From Candidatus Saccharimonadota bacterium (GTDB taxonomy: Bacteria; Patescibacteriota; Saccharimonadia; Saccharimonadales; Saccharimonadaceae), in assembly GCA_020160975.1 (NCBI GenBank), contig JAIUPJ010000001.1, positions 930,001 to 962,000 on the forward strand: a stretch of 32,000 nt of DNA. Reading direction: 5' to 3'. Positions 8,763 to 17,959 of the stretch are shown here, one piece after another. Position 1 is the first letter of the stretch; each line of letters opens with the position of its first letter. The translations under genes were made by a program, and so were the position numbers. The notes below the pieces were generated by a model. It made no database searches. It was not told the DNA's origin and worked only from the letters and a program-made list of their open reading frames with translations.

Positions 8763-9728
8763 ATGATACTTGGGATTGACGAAGCGGGTCGTGGCCCATG
8801 GGCGGGGCCTTTGGTAGTGGGTGCGGTTGTGCTTGGCGGTGCTCGTATTGAGGGACTGAATGACAGCAAGAAGCTGACGAAGAAGCGTCGTGAGGAATTG
8901 TATAACCAAATCAAACAGCAGGCTACTTCGGCGGCTGGTTGGGTGAGCGCGCAGGAACTCGACGATATGGGCATGAGTGCCGCGCTGCGGCTGGCGACGC
9001 GGCGAGCGGTAGAAAAGATCGCTGTACCCTACCACGAGATCATCATCGACGGTACAATTAATTTCTTGGCAGATACAAGCAAGGGCGGCTACGTGACGAC
9101 GCTTCCAAAAGCAGATTCATTGATACCGAGCGTGTCGGCGGCGTCCATCGTGGCGAAGGTTGAGCGTGATCGGTATATGGCGGAGCTTGACGAGCGTCAT
9201 CCCGGCTATGGGTTTGCTAAGCATGCAGGCTATGGAGTGGCCGCGCATCGTGCAGCGATCGAAAGGCTCGGGGTGACGCCGGAACACCGGCTGAGTTTTG
9301 CACCGCTGCAGAAATATGCTTCGCGAGACTCGTCTCATTTGGGTGCAGCGGCTTCTGCTGGCGGTCGGCCTGAGGCAACCCCGACCACTCGTAGCATCGG
9401 TGATAGGAGCGAAACGGTCGCCGCCAACTATCTTGTGCGCTATGGTCACGAAATCATCGCTCGCAACTGGCGGACCAAATACTGCGAGATCGATATTATT
9501 TCCCGAAAAAACGACACACTCTACTTTACCGAAGTCAAGCATCGAAAGAACGGGAAAGCTGGTGATGGGATGGCGGCAATCACCACAAAAAAGCAAAACC
9601 AAATGGCATTTGCTGCAAAATTTTATGTGCATACGCAACTACGCGACTCGCCAGTGAATTTGCGCCTCTCCGCGATAGCGACCACAGGTGAGCAGCCAGA
9701 GGTGACCGACTATATTGTTATTGAGTAA
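8763..9728 (+). CDS. rnhB: Fusion protein: RNase HII (aa 1-~186) + YraN/UPF0102 PD-(D/E)XK nuclease-like domain (aa ~212-321)
   Basis: RNase HII: GIDEAGRGPWAGPLVVGAV, NDSKKL, SAASIVAKVERD. A Ser/Ala/Gly/Pro-rich linker follows. YraN: GDRSETVAANYLVRYGHEIIARNWRTKYCEIDIISRKNDTLYFTEVKHRK. It is one uninterrupted frame. Confidence 0.9.
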   Translation: MILGIDEAGRGPWAGPLVVGAVVLGGARIEGLNDSKKLTKKRREELYNQIKQQATSAAGWVSAQELDDMGMSAALRLATRRAVEKIAVPYHEIIIDGTINFLADTSKGGYVTTLPKADSLIPSVSAASIVAKVERDRYMAELDERHPGYGFAKHAGYGVAAHRAAIERLGVTPEHRLSFAPLQKYASRDSSHLGAAASAGGRPEATPTTRSIGDRSETVAANYLVRYGHEIIARNWRTKYCEIDIISRKNDTLYFTEVKHRKNGKAGDGMAAITTKKQNQMAFAAKFYVHTQLRDSPVNLRLSAIATTGEQPEVTDYIVIE

Positions 9729-9743
9729 TGCTATTATAATTCT

Positions 9744-10334
9744 ATGGACATAGCTAGTCTTGGTATTTATACACTCCTCCTTGTCGTTGTCACTTTGCTT
9801 GTTGTTTGGCTAGTAACGAACAAAAAAAGTGTGAAGGTATCAACAAAACATCTGGTACTCGGTGCCATCTTAATGTCGGCGCTTGGGCCTTTGGGGGAGA
9901 TTTTTGTTGGTACGGTTTATCAGTATGTTGCGGGCTTTCCCTTGTGGCAGTATCAGATATTTCCTGTTCATCACGCCTATACTTCGCTCTATGCACCGGT
10001 TATTTGGGCGGTAGGAGGGGTAGAGTTATGTCTGATGGACGCATATCTAAGGGGTAAAACTGCATCTCGGATGTGGCGGCACATCTTTCTTGCAGTCGAT
10101 ATCTTAATTGTTGAGCTTCTCATCAACATCGGTCTTGTTCTGGCTTTTGGACAAATGATCTTCCGCTATACTCCAGGCGATTTACTGCACTTTTCTTCAC
10201 TGCAAACCTTGCCATTTTATTTCATCGCAGGACTCGTTTTTACTGGCGCTTTCAAAATACTAAAACCAAATAGCTACCGCGCTGCATCATTATTTGGCTT
10301 TATAATGTTTGTCGTCGTATTTCTTGCAAACTAA
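9744..10334 (+). CDS. Hypothetical polytopic membrane protein (196 aa)
   Basis: Five to six hydrophobic segments. Extended -10 TGcTATTAT at 9729-9737 sits 6 nt before the ATG. Confidence 0.7.
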   Translation: MDIASLGIYTLLLVVVTLLVVWLVTNKKSVKVSTKHLVLGAILMSALGPLGEIFVGTVYQYVAGFPLWQYQIFPVHHAYTSLYAPVIWAVGGVELCLMDAYLRGKTASRMWRHIFLAVDILIVELLINIGLVLAFGQMIFRYTPGDLLHFSSLQTLPFYFIAGLVFTGAFKILKPNSYRAASLFGFIMFVVVFLAN

Positions 10335-10335
10335 G

Positions 10336-12852
10336 CTATAGCTGTTTTAGGCGCTCGCAGACAGCTTGCTGGTTCTTTTCGATGAGATCGACGCGGCCCT
10401 GAAGGTCGGTGATGCCCATTTCAATCACTCGCTTGAGGCCTATGTTGTGGAGCATTGGTGTGAAGAAATCGGTGTATTCCTGGAGCTGTCGGCGAGTCAT
10501 CAGGAATTGCCCGGCGTACCGGGGATAATAATCGTAGCTCTTGTCGCTGCCAAAAGTTTTTTCAATCCACGTCCAATTATCGCGTAGCCATTGCCAGGTA
10601 CGTTCCCGGGCATGCCGGTTGATCAGCATGTAAATAAACCAATAGGTTGTGTCTTGGGGGCGAATCAGCTCGGTGTTTGTCAGCATGCCAAGCACCCACT
10701 CGATGCTGGCTCTATCCTTGACGCAAGTAACCGCTCCGCGAATATCCTCTTTGAGATCGGGCGAAACTTCATGCTGGTAGCGCTCCATCAGCGAGGTCAG
10801 GAGCTCGGGGTTCTCACCATAGCGCACATCGACGCCAACCAGTAGCCCGCGCAGCTCGGGGTCAAGTGTCTCTAGTGGTTGGGCGCGAGCGCGGCGAATC
10901 GCTTCGGTGATTACCGCTTGATCCTCGCTGTAAATCATCTCGGTAATCATGCGAGTACGAAGTTTAATGTCGTTGTCCGATTCGTTGTCTCGCTTGTCCC
11001 AGCCGAGCCGCTCGAACTGCGTGCGAGCAAGTTCGCCGACAAAGGTTCGTAATTTTTTCTCTGCTACCTGGTCGTTCTCAATAAATTTCTTGAGTTCGTT
11101 GATTGCCATCACGATCGCATCCCAGACTTGCTCTTCAGATTCGTTTTGATACGCACCGAGGATGTCGATTAATGTCGAAGGATGAACCTCGCCGCCGCGA
11201 ACTAATAGAATCTGCTCGTTGAGGAGCTGGAGGCGTTGAGCGGTAGTGAGCTCGCCGCGTTGAAGTCGATCCAGTAGTGCCGCCAGAAGCGCTTCGTCAT
11301 AATGGGTGATAAAGTGTGCGCTATTGTGTTGGTTGAGGAGAAGCGAAGAGCCAGTATAAGTAACGACAGCTTCCCTAGTGTCGAGCAGAGTCGGAACTTC
11401 GGGGCTTTCGGCCTCGAGCGGAATCGGCCAGAGCTGGTCCCTAGAGTTGTGAGGCCCGATGAAGAACTGGGATTGGCGAAGCGTCAATTCATTGTTATCG
11501 AGATGGGCTGTCACAACCGGGTAGCCTGGTTGTGAAATCCAGGCTTTCATGAGGCTGCCAATCGCTTTGCCGCTGGCGGCATCGAGACAATCCCATAGAT
11601 CTGTTTCGTCGGTGTTTTGGTAGGCAAATCTGGTGAAATATTCTTTCAGCCCGGCGCGAAAGGCGTCTTCGCCAATGTACTCCATCATCATACGTAATAG
11701 TCGTGCGCCTTTGCTGTAAACAATCGCGCCATCAAAAATTGACTGAATCTCATCCGGATGGTGAACGTCGGTCTGCACTGATTGGACACCGTCAATCGCA
11801 TCACGGCGAGCTGCCATGACAGCCGAACCGGCATCAAAATCTAGCCAAACGTTCCAGTCTGGGTGAAGGGCGTTGGGTGCGATATTCTCCATGATACTGG
11901 CAAAACTTTCATTGAGCCAGAGGTTGTTCCACCATTTCATAGTGACGAGATTGCCAAACCACTGATGGCTGAGCTCGTGAGCGATGACAGCACTGACGTA
12001 TTGACGAGCATTGATACTGCTGTGGGTTTTGTCGACGATGAGGGCAGTTTCGCGGTAGGTGATAAGCCCCCAGTTCTCCATGGCGCCGGCACTAAAGTCT
12101 GGTACTGCCACATGATCAGCCTTGGGCAGCGGATACGGTACGCCAAAATAATCATCAAAAAACTCGATGATCTTGACAGCTTCTTCGAGGGCAAATTGCA
12201 GACTTTTACTTTTCTGAACGGGGGTGGCCCAGACTGTGACCTCGACTCCCTGCGACGTTGTTGCCGATGCTGACTGGAGCTCGCCCATGACGATAGCGAG
12301 TAGATAGGTGCTCATGCGGGGTGTAGTGTCAAAGGTCGTGACCAGCCTATCGTCGATAGTGTTTTGGCTTGTCGCCGGCATGTTGCCGAGCACGGCAATG
12401 CCGGTTTCTGTCGTGACGGTGACGTCAAAGGTGGCTTTGGCGGCCGGCTCATCGATACACGGAAACACTTCGCGCGCATAGTGGCTTTCAAACTGCGTTA
12501 CAAGCAATTCTTTCTTCTGCCCCTCATGCGTGAAGTAGCACGGGTACAGTCCATGCAGCGAGTCGGTGATGCTGCCGTGGTAGGTAATAGTGACCGTGTG
12601 GTCTCCTGGCGTCAGGCCATCCTGAGAAATCGTCACTTCGTCATCCTGCCCGTAGCTAAACTGTGCCGGCTGGTCGTCAATAGTAGTCTCTGTAATGCTG
12701 AGGTCGTGCGCGTGTACGGCTATCTGGCCATTGACAGACGATCCAGTGAGGATGACCGTACCTTGGAAGGTTCGCCCTGTGCGGTCGATCACGAGATTTA
12801 GATTGTAGTTGGTGGGGATAAATCGATCAAGGAGACGAGAAACTGTTTGCAT
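10336..12852 (-). CDS. pepN: Aminopeptidase N, M1 family (838 aa)
   Basis: GAMEN motif (GAMENWGLITYRE) and zinc site HELSHQWFGNLVTMKWWNNLWLNESFA (HEXXH-18-E). ERAP1-like C-terminal region. Confidence 0.93.
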   Translation of the reverse strand: MQTVSRLLDRFIPTNYNLNLVIDRTGRTFQGTVILTGSSVNGQIAVHAHDLSITETTIDDQPAQFSYGQDDEVTISQDGLTPGDHTVTITYHGSITDSLHGLYPCYFTHEGQKKELLVTQFESHYAREVFPCIDEPAAKATFDVTVTTETGIAVLGNMPATSQNTIDDRLVTTFDTTPRMSTYLLAIVMGELQSASATTSQGVEVTVWATPVQKSKSLQFALEEAVKIIEFFDDYFGVPYPLPKADHVAVPDFSAGAMENWGLITYRETALIVDKTHSSINARQYVSAVIAHELSHQWFGNLVTMKWWNNLWLNESFASIMENIAPNALHPDWNVWLDFDAGSAVMAARRDAIDGVQSVQTDVHHPDEIQSIFDGAIVYSKGARLLRMMMEYIGEDAFRAGLKEYFTRFAYQNTDETDLWDCLDAASGKAIGSLMKAWISQPGYPVVTAHLDNNELTLRQSQFFIGPHNSRDQLWPIPLEAESPEVPTLLDTREAVVTYTGSSLLLNQHNSAHFITHYDEALLAALLDRLQRGELTTAQRLQLLNEQILLVRGGEVHPSTLIDILGAYQNESEEQVWDAIVMAINELKKFIENDQVAEKKLRTFVGELARTQFERLGWDKRDNESDNDIKLRTRMITEMIYSEDQAVITEAIRRARAQPLETLDPELRGLLVGVDVRYGENPELLTSLMERYQHEVSPDLKEDIRGAVTCVKDRASIEWVLGMLTNTELIRPQDTTYWFIYMLINRHARERTWQWLRDNWTWIEKTFGSDKSYDYYPRYAGQFLMTRRQLQEYTDFFTPMLHNIGLKRVIEMGITDLQGRVDLIEKNQQAVCERLKQL

Positions 12853-12892
12853 ATATGTATTGTATCAGAGAAACACGGGGTATACTGGACTC
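12853..12892. promoter_or_regulatory. 40-bp back-to-back divergent promoter region for pepN and the nuclease gene
   Basis: Minus strand: TGaTACAAT (12867..12859), 6 nt, ATG at 12852. Plus strand: TATACT 12881-12886, 6 nt, ATG at 12893. Confidence 0.5.
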
Positions 12893-13627
12893 ATGAAACA
12901 ACGTCGCCGGCGAGTTCTGGGAGTGATATTGATTGCGATTGCAATCGCGCTGATGACGGTGAATTCTGGCCAGTCTCAGTTTGGCGCGCCAACAACGTCT
13001 ACGCGGCCGTCTGGTCCAAACATTACCGATGCGAGCCTGCCGAAAGAGAATCCCCCGCAACCAACACCGCTCGCGATCGTCGTGCTGGATACCATCGCCA
13101 TCAAGGGGCGTGCGCCCAAGACTGATTATCGACGGGTGCAATTTGGTGACGGATGGATACTGGTTGGAAACTGCGACACGCGCAACATCATTCTCAACCG
13201 CGATCTAACCGATGTAACGCTGACGGGCTGCAAGGTGGCGACAGGCAAGCTGACCGACCCGTACACAGGTAAGCTGATTGATTTTCAGCGCGGGCCCGAG
13301 GGGAGCACGTTGATACAGATTGATCATGTGGTGGCGCTGAGCAACGCTTGGCAAACCGGTGCGCAGTTGCTGACGCTTCAGCAGCGGATTGCCTTTGCTA
13401 ATGACCCACTCGAATTGCTGGCGGTTGATGGCAACGCCAATCAAGCAAAGGGCGATGGTGACGCCGCGACCTGGCTACCGGCAAACAAAGCCTTTCGCTG
13501 CCAATACGTCGCACGTCAAATTGCGGTGAAAGCTAAGTATAGTTTGTGGGTGACACAGGCCGAGAAAGAGGCTATGCAGCGGGTGCTCAGGGAATGTCCG
13601 GAGCAGACGGTACCGGGAGTGAGGTAG
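12893..13627 (+). CDS. Membrane-anchored/secreted DUF1524 (HNH-like) nuclease (245 aa from ATG 12893)
   Basis: N-terminus MKQRRRRVLGVILIAIAIALMTV (signal anchor), then a Pro/Thr-rich linker. Core IDHVVALSNAWQTG...AVDGNANQAKGDGDAATWLP matches the His-Me finger/DUF1524 pattern. The ORF-track start at 12809 (TTG) would overlap pepN and is unlikely. Confidence 0.8.
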   Translation: MKQRRRRVLGVILIAIAIALMTVNSGQSQFGAPTTSTRPSGPNITDASLPKENPPQPTPLAIVVLDTIAIKGRAPKTDYRRVQFGDGWILVGNCDTRNIILNRDLTDVTLTGCKVATGKLTDPYTGKLIDFQRGPEGSTLIQIDHVVALSNAWQTGAQLLTLQQRIAFANDPLELLAVDGNANQAKGDGDAATWLPANKAFRCQYVARQIAVKAKYSLWVTQAEKEAMQRVLRECPEQTVPGVR

Positions 13628-13775
13628 GGTTGGTCTTAGAGCTTAGAGCATAGCTAAACTGCAAAAATAACCCTTGGTTCTAAGTCTTAAGTCGTAAAAA
13701 ATTGTTTTTCGTCATTCCGGACTTGATCCAAAATTTAAAGATTCTGGTGTGCTTCTTCTCTAGAAAATCAAATCC

Positions 13776-14334
13776 TTTCTTTTGTCTCATCAAAAGAAAC
13801 AAAACCGACCACCTTTGGAGTCAAAGGTGGAGAAACCTCTGGGGCGGCTTCCCTCCGCCGGGAACAGCAACTACGACTTTCTTGGAAGACTGCGGAGTCT
13901 TTGTTCAGTGAGCAGGAACAAAGACGAAGTCCTCGTCTTGCCAGGAAAGCCGTAGTCACCGTGTCTCGGGTCAGTCCAGATGCCCCAGACCCCAGGACGC
14001 AGCAGAGCTGCTTATTTCAGCGGCTCTGCCGCAAAATACTGCAGTCACTCGTGACTGTACACCTAATGGGTCTTGGGAGCTCAAGAACCCAAGAAGACTG
14101 AGGATTGTCTTTTGGAGTCATTCACGACATTGTTTCCACTACAAACAATAGCGATACTGTAGTGGAATGCCCTTTAGGGCAGTATGTCGTGACCAAAAGA
14201 CAAGCAGAAGGCTTCTTGGCGTGAATGAGATATCCCAATGTCGTGTTTGGTTCTTTGATCGAAACAAAGAACTGTTTCCCTCGCTTTGCAGCAAAGCGAG
14301 TCGCTTTTTGCTTCTTTGGCGAAAGAAAAAGAAG
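13776..14334 (+). ncRNA. Candidate large structured RNA (class unknown; strand tentatively +)
   Basis: A dense series of perfect 6-10 bp hairpins plus nested long-range helices. No protein-like ORF. See findings for the coordinates of each helix. Confidence 0.35.
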
Positions 14335-14415
14335 TGGATTTATTCGGTTCTTTTGGATAAAGAGCTAGACTTACCCGTTTTGCAAAAAGGAGACGGCATA
14401 TAAATTTTTAATCCC

Positions 14416-14484
14416 AAAATGTCAAAACCCCACCCTCACCACACTGGCGGAGCGGGGCTCGACGCCGAGTGGGTGAGGGTGGGG
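14416..14484 (-). terminator. Very strong intrinsic terminator for a minus-strand transcript
   Basis: Extended hairpin 14428-14484. Thirteen contiguous bp (CCCCACCCTCACC 14428-14440 with GGTGAGGGTGGGG 14472-14484) plus three inner 4-bp segments. On the minus strand it is followed by TTTTGACATTTT (14427..14416). Confidence 0.7.
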
Positions 14485-14488
14485 TGAA

Positions 14489-14776
14489 TCAGAGGGCTGC
14501 TTGATACGCGCTGTCGGACGTCTTGATGAACCAAGGCCTCCAAAGCGGTAGTAGCGGTAGTTTCCTCAAGACAAGTGTCACTGGGTAGTGGCGGCTGTCA
14601 GCTGAGCTTGTCCCTACAGATCCCCACATGTGTCTTTGTCTGCGCTTGTAGATGAAGTGCACAGCAGGGCTCTTCGAGGTTCCTTTTGTGCGTTCATGCC
14701 GCTGCACTTGAGTGATCGTGCAGTTGGAGGCGACGACGACGACTTCCATTGTGCGAGTGATCACAGCATCTCCCAT
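14489..14776 (-). CDS. Doubtful 95-aa very basic ORF, or the body of a ~390-nt non-coding RNA, inside the minus-strand unit
   Basis: It is bracketed by a consensus promoter and the terminator. However, it lacks an SD, its composition is Arg/His/Trp/Cys-rich and unlike the neighbouring proteins, and I recognise no motif. Confidence 0.3.
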   Translation of the reverse strand: MGDAVITRTMEVVVVASNCTITQVQRHERTKGTSKSPAVHFIYKRRQRHMWGSVGTSSADSRHYPVTLVLRKLPLLPLWRPWFIKTSDSAYQAAL

Positions 14777-14811
14777 GATTGAGTGTCCAAAAACCAAAAA
14801 CTTCCATTTTA

Positions 14812-14840
14812 ATTATGACAAAACTAACTATATTTGTCAA
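14812..14840 (-). promoter_or_regulatory. Near-consensus sigma70-type promoter firing leftwards
   Basis: Minus strand reads TTGACA (14840..14835), a 17-nt spacer, then CATAAT (14817..14812). Predicted start is near 14805. Confidence 0.6.
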
Positions 14841-14860
14841 GTTTTGCGATGTTGTAACAG

Positions 14861-17842
<2,982 letters not shown>

Positions 17843-17864
17843 CAGATGTGTATTATACCAGCGA

Positions 17865-17893
17865 TTGACATTTTGCCACTTGTTTGCTATGAT
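17865..17893 (+). promoter_or_regulatory. nusA promoter
   Basis: TTGACA 17865-17870, 17-nt spacer, TATGAT 17888-17893. Confidence 0.6.
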
Positions 17894-17906
17894 CAATAAG
17901 TACAGA

Positions 17907-17930
17907 TCCGGCCGGCAGGTCGGACTTTTT
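17907..17930 (+). terminator. Terminator-like hairpin with a T-run inside the nusA 5' leader (possible attenuator)
   Basis: Stem TCCGGCC 17907-17913 pairs with GGTCGGA 17918-17924 (7 bp, one G-T), GGCA loop, then C TTTTT at 17925-17930. It lies between the promoter and the SD AAAGGAG of nusA. Confidence 0.45.
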
Positions 17931-17959
17931 CGTAGAAAATAACTGAAAGGAGTCTGACA

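Noticed and set aside
12809-12892. Longer N-terminal extensions offered by the ORF track (12809, 17896, 21312, 23824, 26258, 29956)
   Set aside because: The extensions overlap neighbouring genes or run through promoter/operator sequence. Internal ATGs at 12893, 17842, 21381, 23893, 26303 and 30094 are preceded by SD or -10 signals and give N-termini typical of the families.
13943-14214. RNase P RNA-like fragments: AGGAAAGCC (13943-13951) and CAGAAGGCTT (14205-14214), about 260 nt apart, resembling the P4 strands (GAGGAAAGUCC / ACAGAA..GGCUUA)
   Set aside because: Only 5 bp of P4-like pairing is possible. I cannot find the other universally conserved blocks, such as the GGUAAGGGUGAAAGGGUG region and GUGCCACAGAAA, or a P1/P2 closing stem. 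It is still worth a covariance-model scan.
14489-14805. tmRNA idea for the ~390-nt minus-strand unit, because its ORF ends ...SAYQAAL* like a proteolysis tag
   Set aside because: There is no tRNA-like domain: no GGUUCGAAUCC-type T-arm, no acceptor stem or ACCA end. Only one hairpin follows the stop, where tmRNA has helix 5 plus several pseudoknots.
14800-14825. dif-like sequence ACTTCCATTTTAATTATGACAAAACT (compare B. subtilis dif ACTTCCTAGAATATATATTATGTAAACT)
   Set aside because: The shared blocks (ACTTCC, ATTATG, AAACT) are not in the strict 11-6-11 geometry needed for XerC/XerD binding; the spacing is off by several nucleotides.
14798-14860. Possible preQ1 riboswitch in front of yhhQ (A-rich GACAAAACTAAC tail at 14817-14828; hairpin GACAAA/TTTGTC at 14817-14838)
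   Set aside because: The A-rich CUA-containing tail is not preceded by a suitable 5-bp P1 stem with a UAG-containing loop. The hairpin that does exist is followed by a non-A-rich sequence. The same bases also form the minus-strand promoter.
13628-14860. Replication origin as an explanation for the ORF-free region
   Set aside because: There is no cluster of DnaA boxes (only one weak TGGATAAA-like match near 14353). There is no AT-rich unwinding element adjacent to such boxes and no dnaA/dnaN nearby.
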